NCBI RefSeq assembly: GCF_988242995.1
Contig: NZ_OZ547043.1
Reading direction: 5' to 3' (one strand)
DNA: 64,000 nt
How positions within the stretch are numbered: position 1 is the first letter of the stretch; each line of letters opens with the position of its first letter. A program made the position numbers and the translations under genes. The notes beneath the pieces were generated by a model. It did not search any database. It was not told the origin of the DNA and saw only the letters and a list, made by a program, of their open reading frames with translations. Below are positions 1 to 9,821 of this stretch, piece after piece.

Positions 1-390
1 CGGTATAACCGTATCGCGCTTGATACCAATACGATGGGGAATTCCATCGATGTTGAAAAAAATATTAGCAGTGTTGTGCCGACGCAAGGCGCGTTGGTTC
101 GTGCCAATTTTGATACCCGCATAGGCGTGCGGGCGCTCATTACCGTTACCCAGGGCGGAAAACCGGTGCCGTTTGGATCACTGGTACGGGAAAACAGTAC
201 CGGAATAACCAGTATGGTGGGTGATGACGGGCAAGTTTATTTAAGCGGTGCGCCATTGTCTGGTGAATTACTGGTTCAGTGGGGAGACGGTGCAAACTCA
301 CGCTGCATTGCGCACTATGTATTGCCGAAGCAAAGCTTACAGCAAGCCGTCACTGTTATTTCGGCAGTTTGCACACATCCTGGCTCATAA
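1..390 (+). CDS. sfmD: Fimbrial usher protein, C-terminal end (partial; gene starts upstream of window)
   Basis: Open frame runs from position 1 to the stop at 388-390; genomic context is sfmH-sfmF-fimZ-argU as in the E. coli sfm operon. Confidence 0.7.
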
Positions 391-402
391 AGGAAATTAT
401 CA

Positions 403-1410
403 ATGAAGATAATCTGCAGATTATTATTGGCAATGGCATGTTTGTGTCTGGCAAACATATCCTGGGCTACTGTTTGTGCAAATAGTACTGGCGTAGCAGA
501 AGATGAACACTATGATCTCTCAAATGTCTTTAATAGCACCAATAACCAGCCAGGCCAGATTGTTGTTTTACCGGAAAAATCCGGCTGGGTAGGTGTGTCA
601 GCAATTTGTCCACCCGGCACGCTGGTGAATTATACATACCGTAGTTATGTCACTAACTTTATTGTTCAGGAAACTATCGATAATTATAAATATATGCAAT
701 TAAATGATTATCTATTAGGTGCGATGAGTCTGGTTGATAGCGTGATGGATATTCAATTCCCTCCGCAAAATTATATTCGTATGGGAACAGATCCTAACGT
801 TTCGCAAAACCTTCCGTTCGGGGTGATGGATTCTCGTTTGATATTTCGTTTAAAGGTTATTCGTCCCTTTATTAACATGGTGGAGATCCCCAGACAGGTG
901 ATGTTTACCGTGTATGTGACATCAACGCCTAACGATCCGTTGGTTACACCTGTTTATACCATTAGTTTTGGTGGCCGGGTTGAAGTACCGCAAAACTGCG
1001 AATTAAATGCCGGGCAAATTGTTGAATTTGATTTTGGTGATATCGGCGCATCGTTATTTAGTGCGGCAGGGCCGGGGAATCGACCAGCTGGTGTCATGCC
1101 GCAAACCAAGAGCATTGCGATCAAATGTACGAATGTTGCTGCGCAGGCTTATTTAACAATGCGTCTGGAAGCCAGTGCCGTTTCTGGTCAGGCGATGGTG
1201 TCGGACAATCAGGATTTAGGTTTTATTGTGGCCGATCAGAACGATACGCCGATCACGCCTAACGATCTCAATAGCGTTATTCCTTTCCGTCTGGATGCAG
1301 CTGCGGCAGCCAATGTCACACTTCGCGCCTGGCCTATCAGTATTACCGGTCAAAAACCGACCGAAGGGCCGTTTAGCGCGCTGGGGTATTTACGCGTCGA
1401 TTATCAATGA
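403..1410 (+). CDS. sfmH: Fimbrial adhesin-like protein SfmH
   Basis: 335-aa ORF with signal peptide, ATG at 403 preceded by AAGGAAA; sits between usher and sfmF. Confidence 0.8.
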   Translation: MKIICRLLLAMACLCLANISWATVCANSTGVAEDEHYDLSNVFNSTNNQPGQIVVLPEKSGWVGVSAICPPGTLVNYTYRSYVTNFIVQETIDNYKYMQLNDYLLGAMSLVDSVMDIQFPPQNYIRMGTDPNVSQNLPFGVMDSRLIFRLKVIRPFINMVEIPRQVMFTVYVTSTPNDPLVTPVYTISFGGRVEVPQNCELNAGQIVEFDFGDIGASLFSAAGPGNRPAGVMPQTKSIAIKCTNVAAQAYLTMRLEASAVSGQAMVSDNQDLGFIVADQNDTPITPNDLNSVIPFRLDAAAAANVTLRAWPISITGQKPTEGPFSALGYLRVDYQ

Positions 1411-1420
1411 GGTACGGAGA

Positions 1421-1936
1421 ATGAGAAGAGTACTCTTTAGCTGTTTCTGCGGGCTACTGTGGAGTTCCAGTGGATGGGCAGTTGACCCTTTAGGAACGAT
1501 TAATATCAATTTGCACGGTAACGTTGTTGATTTCTCCTGTACCGTAAACACAGCGGATAAGGATAAGACGGTAGATTTAGGCAGATGGCCTACGACACAA
1601 TTACTGAGCGCTGGCGATACCACGGCACTCGTCCCTTTTAGCCTGCGGCTGGAGGGATGTCCTCCGGGTTCAGTTGCGATTTTATTTACGGGAACGCCGG
1701 CATCTGATGCCAACCTGCTGGCTCTGGATGATCCCGCAATGGCACAAACCGTCGCCATCGAATTACGTAATAGCGATCGCTCCCGGCTCGCACTGGGGGA
1801 GGCGAGCCCGACTGAGGAAGTAGATGCAAATGGCAATGTCACACTAAACTTTTTTGCCAATTATCGAGCGTTAGCCAGCGGTGTTCAGCCAGGTGTGGCG
1901 AAAGCGGATGCGATATTTATGATCAATTATAATTAA
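1421..1936 (+). CDS. sfmF: Fimbrial subunit SfmF
   Basis: ATG at 1421 with GGAG upstream gives a 171-aa secreted fimbrial-type protein; the ORF-track start at 1226 overlaps sfmH and is likely not used. Confidence 0.8.
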   Translation: MRRVLFSCFCGLLWSSSGWAVDPLGTININLHGNVVDFSCTVNTADKDKTVDLGRWPTTQLLSAGDTTALVPFSLRLEGCPPGSVAILFTGTPASDANLLALDDPAMAQTVAIELRNSDRSRLALGEASPTEEVDANGNVTLNFFANYRALASGVQPGVAKADAIFMINYN

Positions 1937-1938
1937 TA

Positions 1939-2571
1939 TTATATTAATTCATATAATTTGGCGTAGTCGATAAGCTCTACAATTGAATGCAAACCTAGCT
2001 TCCCATAAATATTAGATTTATGCGCACTAACTGTTTTATTGCTAAGTAATAACTTATCGGCAATTTCTTTATTGGATAATCCGCTAACCAGATAACGTAA
2101 TATGGTCACTTCACGATTAGATAGCACCGTGACCGTTGAACTATTCGTACTGCATTTATTGCTTTTTATATAGTTGAGCGTTTCGCTGGGGAAAAAAGTG
2201 TATCCGGAGAGGATCATCTGAACGGCGTGAAAAATATCATTCTGATCATTGCATTTACTGACAAAACCGTTAGCACCAGCTTGTATCGCTCTGCCAGCAT
2301 AAAAGCATTCTGATTTCGATGATAAAAATAATACTTTCACTGTGCTCTGGATTTGTTTGATCCTTTTCAGGAAGGTAAAACCGTCTGTTCCGGGCAAGTC
2401 TATATCCATAATAATTAAATCAACAGGACGGGTTCGGAGATAATCGATGGTTATGCGATAATCATCCGTTTTCAGGACAATTTGCAATTCATTGTTTTTT
2501 TGCAACAGAACTTCAATAGACATTCTGATGATAGGATGAGTATCCATAATGATCACCGACGTTGGTTTCAT
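1939..2571 (-). CDS. fimZ: LuxR-family two-component response regulator FimZ
   Basis: 210 aa from MKPTSVIIMDTHPIIR... with receiver domain and C-terminal LuxR HTH; internal Met of the 231-aa ORF matches the known FimZ start; adjacent to argU. Confidence 0.85.
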   Translation of the reverse strand: MKPTSVIIMDTHPIIRMSIEVLLQKNNELQIVLKTDDYRITIDYLRTRPVDLIIMDIDLPGTDGFTFLKRIKQIQSTVKVLFLSSKSECFYAGRAIQAGANGFVSKCNDQNDIFHAVQMILSGYTFFPSETLNYIKSNKCSTNSSTVTVLSNREVTILRYLVSGLSNKEIADKLLLSNKTVSAHKSNIYGKLGLHSIVELIDYAKLYELI

Positions 2572-2754
2572 AGTTACCAGTCTCATAGGATCGGACAATT
2601 TTCCGTTAGGGCGGGAAATTGTACTTTGATACATGAAAATACGGGTTTTCTTGATTCAGACGCGCAGCGGTGTACGTTTGTTTGCCGCTATAGCGAAATA
2701 AATCAGAAAATCAGACGCGGTCGTTCACTTGTTCAGCAACCAGATCAAAAGCCA

Positions 2755-2782
2755 TTGACTCAGCAAGGGTTGACCGTATAAT
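2755..2782 (+). promoter_or_regulatory. Putative argU promoter (TTGACT-16 nt-TATAAT)
   Basis: TTGACT at 2755-2760 and TATAAT at 2777-2782, about 30 nt upstream of the mature tRNA 5' end. Confidence 0.4.
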
Positions 2783-2813
2783 TCACGCGATTACACCGCA
2801 TTGCGGTATCAAC

Positions 2814-2890
2814 GCGCCCTTAGCTCAGTTGGATAGAGCAACGACCTTCTAAGTCGTGGGCCGCAGGTTCGAATCCTGCAGGGCGCGCCA
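2814..2890 (+). tRNA. argU: tRNA-Arg (anticodon UCU)
   Basis: 77-nt cloverleaf parsed by hand: acceptor GCGCCCT/AGGGCGC, anticodon stem ACGAC/GTCGT, loop CTTCTAA (anticodon TCT), T-loop TTCGAAT, 3' CCA. Confidence 0.95.
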
Positions 2891-2892
2891 TT
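2846..2892. repeat. attL core (3' 45 nt of argU plus TT)
   Basis: Identical 47-bp sequence recurs at 61065-61111. Confidence 0.85.
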
Positions 2893-2905
2893 ACAATTCA
2901 ATCAG

Positions 2906-4069
2906 TTACGCCTTCTTTATATCCTCCATAATTCCAGAGTGGGACATATTTGGGACATTATCACCAAAAATGTCGTCTATTTTCCTCGCATGCTCTGTCA
3001 AATGATTAGGCGCAAGGTGAGCATACCTACGAACCATTTCTATGGACTCCCATCCGCCCATTTCCTGAAGCACTGATAATGGGACGCCTGACTGAATCAG
3101 CCAGCTTGCCCAGGTGTGTCTGAGGTCATGGAAACGGAAATCTTCAATTCCTGCACGACGACAAGCTGATAGCCATGATGTCTTGCTGTCGATGCGCATC
3201 TTCCTGACCGCAGGCGTTGATGTTCCATCTGCTCGCTTAGCCGCCTTGGTATGTACAAACACCCATTTGTGATGCTTGCCTATTTGATCACGCAACACTT
3301 TACAGGCGGTATCGTTCAGCGCCACACCAATGGCGCGGTTTGATTTGCTCTCTTCTGGATTCACCCAGGCAACTCGTCGCTGCATGTCGATTTGTTGCCA
3401 TTCCAGATTTATGATGTTCGACTTTCTCAGACCAGTTGCCAGCGCAAACTTGACGACAGATTTCAGTGGTTCGGGGCACTCATCAATAAGGCGTTTTGCT
3501 TCCTCCTTTTCCAGCCATCTGACTCGCTTGTTTCTGACCGCTGGTATCTTGATGACAGGCGCTTTTTCCAGCCACTTCCAGTCGCGTTCTGCAGCACGGA
3601 GAATGGCCTTTATCATGGCAAGATGCTTTGCCTTTGTCTGAGTTGATACTGGCTTTGGTTCATAAACAGGCAGTTCTTTACCTTTCCTGATGGCGGCCTG
3701 AACTTTCTGTTTCCATATTTCTTTCGTCTTTCTGTTATGCATTCTGCTTACAGCAGAGTAAATCTTTGCCTCCGAGATATCTTTAAGCCTTATACCCTCA
3801 AAATGTTCAAGCCAGAACTCAATCCGGCTTTTATCTGAATCGAGAGATTTTTTATCAGCTTTTTCCTCAAGCCATCTTAGGCAGGCCTCTTCAAAAGTGA
3901 CATCAGGTAAATCCCCTAGCTTTTCTACTCGCCAGAGTTCTGCTTTTCGCTTGTCGTGCAACTCCTGAGCTTGCCGCTTGTCCTTTGTGCCAAGAGATTC
4001 CTTAATTCGTTTCCCGCCCGGGAGCGAATACGAGGCGTACCATATTTCATTTCTGCGGAAGAGTGACAT
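2906..4069 (-). CDS. intD: Tyrosine integrase
   Basis: 387-aa ORF with H-x-x-R and C-terminal Tyr region ([10 protein letters not shown]...VRRYAHL); directly beside tRNA attL as for DLP12 IntD. Confidence 0.9.
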   Translation of the reverse strand: MSLFRRNEIWYASYSLPGGKRIKESLGTKDKRQAQELHDKRKAELWRVEKLGDLPDVTFEEACLRWLEEKADKKSLDSDKSRIEFWLEHFEGIRLKDISEAKIYSAVSRMHNRKTKEIWKQKVQAAIRKGKELPVYEPKPVSTQTKAKHLAMIKAILRAAERDWKWLEKAPVIKIPAVRNKRVRWLEKEEAKRLIDECPEPLKSVVKFALATGLRKSNIINLEWQQIDMQRRVAWVNPEESKSNRAIGVALNDTACKVLRDQIGKHHKWVFVHTKAAKRADGTSTPAVRKMRIDSKTSWLSACRRAGIEDFRFHDLRHTWASWLIQSGVPLSVLQEMGGWESIEMVRRYAHLAPNHLTEHARKIDDIFGDNVPNMSHSGIMEDIKKA

Positions 4070-4296
4070 TTTCTTTCCTCTGTTATGCCATCACCCGCGC
4101 TCACTTGGACAGTATGCAGCGGAGACTGAAGCGCCGCAATGCAGGCTTGCCGTGTTGTGAGGTAAGGAGATTTTGGCTTGGTTGGATCTTTACGTGTTGC
4201 CTGTAGGCGGCCTGTTCGTATCCAGTTGGTGGCGGTTGGTCTGGATATCTTAAGAAACTGACAGGCCTCATCGAGTGTGAGGCTGTATGATTCCAT
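3925..4296 (-). CDS. Putative excisionase (AlpA/Xis-like HTH), 3' end overlaps int in another frame
   Basis: [34 protein letters not shown] immediately upstream of int; the long C-terminal extension may reflect decay. Confidence 0.45.
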   Translation of the reverse strand: MESYSLTLDEACQFLKISRPTATNWIRTGRLQATRKDPTKPKSPYLTTRQACIAALQSPLHTVQVSAGDGITEERKCHSSAEMKYGTPRIRSRAGNELRNLLAQRTSGKLRSCTTSEKQNSGE

Positions 4297-4546
4297 GGTT
4301 ACCTCTGCTTTTTGAACGCATGTCACGTAACTTCTTAATGTGTTCTGCCGTTTCGATCTCTTCTGCTATCCGATCTGCATCAGCTTTATTCACAGGTTCA
4401 AAGTCATGATTAAAGCGGAACATGCTGGCGATACATGTTCTGCCTTTTCGGATGTAGTGAACTTTGTTGTGGGTAGAACGCAGGATTTTGCAGGGAGTGC
4501 CGTGGTGGTCGACGTACCAGGTGTTAGGAAAAATGATTCTGAACAT
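4268..4546 (-). CDS. Hypothetical early-left-operon protein
   Basis: 92-aa ORF co-oriented with int/exo; no recognisable motif. Confidence 0.3.
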   Translation of the reverse strand: MFRIIFPNTWYVDHHGTPCKILRSTHNKVHYIRKGRTCIASMFRFNHDFEPVNKADADRIAEEIETAEHIKKLRDMRSKSRGNHGIIQPHTR

Positions 4547-4593
4547 TTTTACACCTCAGTTGGACGATGTTGAAATTTGCTGCTTTGAGGCCA

Positions 4594-4812
4594 TCACAGT
4601 CCCCATTGTTTGTTCTTAAGTTCGATCTCCTCCTGGCAACTTGCACAAGTCCGACAACCCTGAACAGCCAGGCGTCTTCGCTCATCTATCGGATCGCCAC
4701 ACTCACAACAATGAGTTGCGGATACAGTCTGGTAGTTCAGACGACGCATTTTTATTGCTGTATTGCGCTGTAATTCTTCGATTTCTGATGCTGAATCAAT
4801 GATGTCTGCCAT
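4594..4812 (-). CDS. TraR/DksA-family C4 zinc-finger protein
   Basis: 72-aa ORF with CxxC...CxxC (CCECGDPI...CRTCASC), common in lambdoid early regions. Confidence 0.55.
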   Translation of the reverse strand: MADIIDSASEIEELQRNTAIKMRRLNYQTVSATHCCECGDPIDERRRLAVQGCRTCASCQEEIELKNKQWGL

Positions 4813-4910
4813 CTTTCATTAATCCCTGAATTGTTGGTTAATACGCTTGAGGGTAAATGCGAATAATAAAAAAGGAGCCTGTAGCTCCCTGATGATTTTG
4901 CTTTTCATGT

Positions 4911-5192
4911 TCACCGTTCCTTAAAGACGCCGTTCAACATGCCGATCGCCAGGCTTAAATGAGTCGGTGTGAATCCCATCAGCGTTACCGTTTCGCGGTG
5001 CTTCTTTAGTACGCTACGGCAAATGTCATCGACGTTTTTATCCGGAAAATGCTGTCTGGCTTTTTTGATTTCAGAATTAGCCAGACGGGCAATGCTGCGA
5101 AGGGCGTTTTCTTGCTGAGGTGTCATTGAACAAGCCCCATGTCGGCAAGCATAAGCACACAGAATATGAAGCCCGCTGCCAGAAAAATGCAT
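4911..5192 (-). CDS. Hypothetical protein
   Basis: 93-aa ORF in the early-left operon; start uncertain. Confidence 0.3.
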   Translation of the reverse strand: MHFSGSGLHILCAYACRHGACSMTPQQENALRSIARLANSEIKKARQHFPDKNVDDICRSVLKKHRETVTLMGFTPTHLSLAIGMLNGVFKER

Positions 5193-5545
5193 TCAGTGGT
5201 TGTCATACCTGGTCTCTCTCATCTGCTTCTGCTTTCGCCACCATCATTTCCAGCTTTTGTGAAAGGGATGTGGCTAACGTATGAAATTCTTCGTCTGTTT
5301 CTACTGGTATTGGCACAAACCTGACTCCAATTTGAGCAAGGCTATGTGCCATCTCAATACTCGTTCTTAACTCAACAGGAGATGCTTTGTGCATACCGCC
5401 TCCCGTTTATTATTTATCTTCTCAGCCAGCCGCTGTGCTTTCAGTGGATTTCTGATAACAGAAAGGCCGGGAAATACCCAGCCTCGCTTTGTAACGGAGT
5501 AGACGAAAGTGATCGCGCCTACCCGGATATTATCGTGAGGATGCG

Positions 5546-6226
5546 TCATCGCCATTGCTCCCCAAATACAAAACCAATTTCAGCCAGTGCCTCGTCCATT
5601 TTTTCGATGAACTCCGGCACCATCTCGTCAAAACTCGCCATGTACTTTTCATTCCGCTCAATCACGACATAATGCAGGCCTTCACGCTTCATGCGCGGGT
5701 CATAGTTGGCAAAGTACCAGGCATCTTTTCGCGTCACCCACATGCTGTACTGCACCTGGGCCATGTAAGCCGATTTTATTGCCTCGAAACCACCGAGCCG
5801 GAATTTCATGAAATCCCGGGAGGTAAACGGGCATTTCAGTTCAAGGCCGTTGCCGTCACTGCATAAACCATCGGGAGAGCAGGCGGTGCGCATACTTTCG
5901 TCGCGATAGATGATCGGGGATTCAGTAATATTCACGCCGGAAGTGAATTCAAACAGGGTTCTGGCGTCGTTCTCGTACTGTTTTCCCCAGGCCAGCGCCT
6001 TAGCATTAACTTCCGGAGCCACACCGGTGCAAACCTCAGCCAGCAGGGTGTGGAAGTAGGACATTTTCATGTCAGGCCACTTCTTTCCTGAGCGGGGCTT
6101 TGCTATCACGTTGTGAACTTCTGAAGCGGTGATGACGCCGAGCCGTAATTTGTGCCATGCATCATCCCCCTGTTCGACAGCTCTCACGTCGATCCCGGTA
6201 CGCTGCAGGATAATGTCCGGTATCAT
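5546..6226 (-). CDS. exo: Lambda-type exonuclease (Red alpha)
   Basis: 226-aa ORF near-identical to lambda Exo ([40 protein letters not shown]...). Confidence 0.95.
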   Translation of the reverse strand: MIPDIILQRTGIDVRAVEQGDDAWHKLRLGVITASEVHNVIAKPRSGKKWPDMKMSYFHTLLAEVCTGVAPEVNAKALAWGKQYENDARTLFEFTSGVNITESPIIYRDESMRTACSPDGLCSDGNGLELKCPFTSRDFMKFRLGGFEAIKSAYMAQVQYSMWVTRKDAWYFANYDPRMKREGLHYVVIERNEKYMASFDEMVPEFIEKMDEALAEIGFVFGEQWR

Positions 6227-7008
6227 GCTGCCACCTTCTGCTCAGTGGCTTTCTGTTTCAGGAATCCAAGAGCTTTCACTGCTTCGGCCTGTGTCAGTTC
6301 TGACGATGCGCGAATGTCGCGGCGAAATATCTGGGAACAGAGCGGCAATAAGTCGTCATCCCATGTTTTATCCAGGGCGATCAGCAGAGTGTTAATCTCC
6401 TGCATGGTTTCATCGTTAACCGGAGTGATGTCGCGTTCTGGCTGACGTTCTGCAGTGTATGCAGTATTTTCGACAATGCGCTCGGCTTCATCCTTGTCAT
6501 AGATACCAGCAAATCCGAAGGCCAGACGGGCACACTGAATCATGGCTTTATGCCGTAACATCCGTTTGGGATGCGACTGCCACGGCCCCGTGATTTCTCT
6601 GCCTTCGCGGGTTTTGAATGGTTCGCGGCGGCATTCATCCATCCATTCGGTAACGCAGATCGGATGATTACGGTCCTTGCGGTAAATCCGGCATGTACAG
6701 GATTCATTGTCCTGCTCAAAGTCCATGCCATCAAACTGCTGGTTTTCATTGATGATGCGGGACCAGCCATCAACGCCCACCACCGGAACAATGCCGTTCT
6801 GCTTATCAGGGAAGGCGTAAATTTCTTTCGTCCACGGATTAAGGCCGTACTGGTTGGCGACGATCAGCAATGCGATGAACTGCGCATCGCTGGCATCACC
6901 TTTAAATGCCGTCTGGCGAAGAGTGGTGATCAGTTCCTGTGGGTCGACAGAATCCATGCCGACACGTTCAGCCAGCTTCCCTGCCAGCGTTGCGAGTGCT
7001 GTACTCAT
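6223..7008 (-). CDS. bet: Recombination protein Bet (Red beta)
   Basis: 261-aa ORF matching lambda Bet; stop overlaps the exo start. Confidence 0.95.
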   Translation of the reverse strand: MSTALATLAGKLAERVGMDSVDPQELITTLRQTAFKGDASDAQFIALLIVANQYGLNPWTKEIYAFPDKQNGIVPVVGVDGWSRIINENQQFDGMDFEQDNESCTCRIYRKDRNHPICVTEWMDECRREPFKTREGREITGPWQSHPKRMLRHKAMIQCARLAFGFAGIYDKDEAERIVENTAYTAERQPERDITPVNDETMQEINTLLIALDKTWDDDLLPLCSQIFRRDIRASSELTQAEAVKALGFLKQKATEQKVAA

Positions 7009-7013
7009 CCGTT

Positions 7014-7310
7014 TTATACCTCTGAATCAATATCAACCTGGTGGTGAGCAATGGTTTCAACCATGTACCGGATGTGTTCTGCCATGCGCTCCTGAAACTC
7101 AACATCGTCATCAAACGCACGGGTAATGGCTTTTTTGCTGGCCCCGTGGCGTTGCAAATGATCGATGCATAGCGATTCAAACAGGTGCTGGGGCAGGCCT
7201 TTTTCCATGTCGTCTGCCAGTTCTGCCTCTTTCTCTTCACGGGCGATCTGCTGGTAGTAACGCGCCCAGCTCTGAGCCTCAAGACGATCCTGAATGTAAT
7301 AAGCGTTCAT
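7014..7310 (-). CDS. gam: Host RecBCD inhibitor Gam (short form)
   Basis: 98-aa [42 protein letters not shown]... matching lambda Gam. Confidence 0.9.
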   Translation of the reverse strand: MNAYYIQDRLEAQSWARYYQQIAREEKEAELADDMEKGLPQHLFESLCIDHLQRHGASKKAITRAFDDDVEFQERMAEHIRYMVETIAHHQVDIDSEV

Positions 7311-7385
7311 GGCTGAACTCCTGAAAATGGCTGTGAAAATATCGCCCGCGAAATGCCAGGCTGATTAGGAAAACAGGAAAGGGGA

Positions 7386-7796
7386 TTAGCGATTCAGGCC
7401 GTTAGCGCGTCCGTCGAGAAAAACTTCCACGAGCAAATCACGGGTATAAGTGCGCTCGATGCCGCGATGCAGATAAAGCCGTCCGCGTAAATTACCTGAT
7501 GCAGTCCAGGTACCATCTTTGTGTTTGACCAGCATTCCTGGCATGATCGCACCTCGATTAACGGTCTGCGTTCCGTAATGTTGATGAACCATAAAAACTC
7601 CTGCCCGTAAGCTGGGCTGCTGAACATATAGAGACTTCTGCGCGTATTCAGGCGGTGGATGGCCGCCGGTTGTCATAACTAAGTCGCCTCGTTGAAGCGA
7701 CTGAGGTATGAAGTGTTGAGTTGATTTCAGCTGGTCACACCGACGTTCACGCGTCCGTTTCACCCCTCGCACTCCCCGAAGCCTGCTGAAATTCAA
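7386..7796 (-). CDS. Hypothetical protein at the kil/N position; Arg-rich N-terminus
   Basis: 136-aa ORF downstream of gam; N-terminus [15 protein letters not shown]; true start uncertain. Confidence 0.3.
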   Translation of the reverse strand: MNFSRLRGVRGVKRTRERRCDQLKSTQHFIPQSLQRGDLVMTTGGHPPPEYAQKSLYVQQPSLRAGVFMVHQHYGTQTVNRGAIMPGMLVKHKDGTWTASGNLRGRLYLHRGIERTYTRDLLVEVFLDGRANGLNR

Positions 7797-8035
7797 ACTG
7801 CGGATCTAAGCGGTCATCGCAACGGTGAATCAGGTAGTTGCCGTATCGTTGTGTTGTTGCGATGAACTTATTTAAAACTATAGTTGTTTTATCGTCAACA
7901 ACAAAAGTTGTTTTATTGGTTGTTTTAGATATAACTGGTTGTATTTAGGATGGATTTATTTTGTGACTTGAATCGCATAGCGATAACTGAAGCGAGGTTA
8001 TGGTGGTTTTTTTAACGGTGTGTGTGATGAGGGGA

Positions 8036-8068
8036 GGGCAAAAGAAAACCCGGCACGGTGACCGGGAT
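8036..8068 (-). terminator. Candidate rho-independent terminator on the minus strand, downstream of cI
   Basis: Reverse strand gives hairpin CCCGGTCACCGTGCCGGG followed by TTTTCTTTT. Confidence 0.4.
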
Positions 8069-8187
8069 TCTTACGCCGTTAGGTAAAGATATTATTGCGG
8101 TGGCTTAATATTACTACCTAGAGCAAAGATAGGAATTAGTTCTTTACTGAATGAGCACAATGCCCAGTTGATAATTTTTAATTGGTA

Positions 8188-8877
8188 CTACCCATGCTTC
8201 CTATATGTCTGCGGCATGCTCCCAATAACCTTACCGAAGATGAACACCCGGTTCATCTCGTCTTTCTCGATCGGGTCCCACGGTGAGTAGCTTTTGTTAT
8301 CAGAGATGACCAGCAGCTTATCCTTCATCATTTGCAGGCGCTTTACATGGGCTGTGTCGTCGTACAGAAACGCATAGATACCATCACCGTCGAAAGATTT
8401 AACTGTGATATCAACGAACAGCAGATCACCTGGTTCGATCGTTCCTGACATGCTGTCACCACGCACGTTAATGATGCGGATATTTTCCGCCTTCCTACCA
8501 TCGAACATGTGACGAGCATCGTCAAACGAGTACTCAACCGAGCGTAGAACTTCTACAAACTCACGGTTGATGACTCCCGGCCCAGCACTGACTTCTATAT
8601 CAAGAACGTCAATCTTGAAGTATTTGGAATGGCTGACAGTTGATTGTATTGGTTGCACTGTACTGTCTGACATATTTCCAACGCCAGAAGATAACCATTC
8701 TGCGCGCACACCCAAAGCGTTCGCGATCTCCACGATTTTAGTTGTTTGATTAGCTTTCCCTGTTTCGATTTTCTGAATAGCAGCCTGGCTAACCCCGACC
8801 AAATCCCCAAGCGCCTTTTGTGTAAGGCCTCGCGCTAATCTGGCTTCTTTAAGTCTTTCTGAGAGTGTTGTTTTCAT
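8188..8877 (-). CDS. cI: CI-type repressor (XRE HTH plus LexA-like S24 peptidase domain)
   Basis: 229 aa from MKTTLSERLKEARLARGLTQKALGDLVGVSQAAIQKIE with C-terminal autocleavage-type domain; divergent from cro. Confidence 0.85.
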   Translation of the reverse strand: MKTTLSERLKEARLARGLTQKALGDLVGVSQAAIQKIETGKANQTTKIVEIANALGVRAEWLSSGVGNMSDSTVQPIQSTVSHSKYFKIDVLDIEVSAGPGVINREFVEVLRSVEYSFDDARHMFDGRKAENIRIINVRGDSMSGTIEPGDLLFVDITVKSFDGDGIYAFLYDDTAHVKRLQMMKDKLLVISDNKSYSPWDPIEKDEMNRVFIFGKVIGSMPQTYRKHG

Positions 8878-8981
8878 AGTCCAAATGTACAACCAAGGTT
8901 TTATTCCATCAAACGAAAATGGTTGTTGACTAAAAACAACCATAGTTTTAATCTTGATTCAAATTAACCACGGAGGTTGTT
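8878..8981. promoter_or_regulatory. cI-cro intergenic operator/promoter region (OR-like)
   Basis: Inverted repeat GGTTGTT-N7-AACAACC (8911-8931); similar TTGTT/AACAA motifs recur left of cI at about 7860-7915. Confidence 0.5.
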
Positions 8982-9212
8982 ATGAACCCAGCTATCAAAA
9001 CAGCGATCAATATCGTTGGTTCACAAAAGAAACTGGGCGCTGCTTGCGAAGTTTCACAGCAGGCCGTCTATAAGTGGCTTCACAACAAAGCAAAGGTATC
9101 CCCTGAACATGTCGGCAGCATTGTTACGGCTACTGGTGGAGTAGTGAAGGCATACCAGATTCGCCCGGATCTTCCGAAGTTGTTTCCACACACCGAAAAG
9201 AACGCAGCTTAA
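8982..9212 (+). CDS. cro: Cro/YdaS-like HTH regulator
   Basis: 76-aa HTH ORF with GGAGG RBS, divergent from cI. Confidence 0.7.
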   Translation: MNPAIKTAINIVGSQKKLGAACEVSQQAVYKWLHNKAKVSPEHVGSIVTATGGVVKAYQIRPDLPKLFPHTEKNAA

Positions 9213-9281
9213 ATTTCCATTTCACGCTCTTTAACAATAAGCAATCAACTTAACAGTCAATTCAAACTAAAGGAGTCAATT

Positions 9282-9821
9282 ATGCAACCACTTACATACC
9301 AACAGACTAGCGGATTTAGCCCGACTGCGGTGATAAATCGTTCTCAAACAAAACAGGTGCCAGGCCACGAAAAAATCCGTGATGCCGTCCGCGCCTGGTC
9401 GGCTGTAGATAATCAGGATGTCGTTGCCACACTCATTGTGAATGAGTATCGGGAGCAGGGCGGCGGCACCATCGATTTCCCTGATGATGTCAGCCGTGCA
9501 CGCCAGAAGCTGTTCCGCTTCCTCGATAACAAATTCGATTCTGAAAAATACCGAAATAACGTGCGTGAACTGACCCCGGCAATTCTGGCGGTACTACCGC
9601 TGGAATATCGCGGTTACCTGGTTGAGCAGGATAGCTTCATGGCTAGGTTGGCTGAAATGGAAAAGGAACTCAGTGAGGCAAAACAGGCTGTCATTCTCAA
9701 CGCACCACGCCACCAGAAACTGAAGGAAATTAGTGAAGGTATTGTGTCGATGTTTCGTGTGGACCCAGATCTGGCTGGTCCATTGATGGCGATGGTTACT
9801 ACCATGCTGGGGGCGATATGA
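9282..9821 (+). CDS. YdaT-like protein at the cII position
   Basis: 179-aa ORF following the Cro-like gene; motif TPAILAVLPLEYRGYL recalls the YdaT family as I remember it. Confidence 0.5.
   Translation: MQPLTYQQTSGFSPTAVINRSQTKQVPGHEKIRDAVRAWSAVDNQDVVATLIVNEYREQGGGTIDFPDDVSRARQKLFRFLDNKFDSEKYRNNVRELTPAILAVLPLEYRGYLVEQDSFMARLAEMEKELSEAKQAVILNAPRHQKLKEISEGIVSMFRVDPDLAGPLMAMVTTMLGAI

Noticed and set aside
1226-1936. Extended 236-aa start for sfmF
   Set aside because: The extension overlaps the sfmH 3' end in another frame; the internal ATG at 1421 with RBS gives the expected 171-aa fimbrial subunit.
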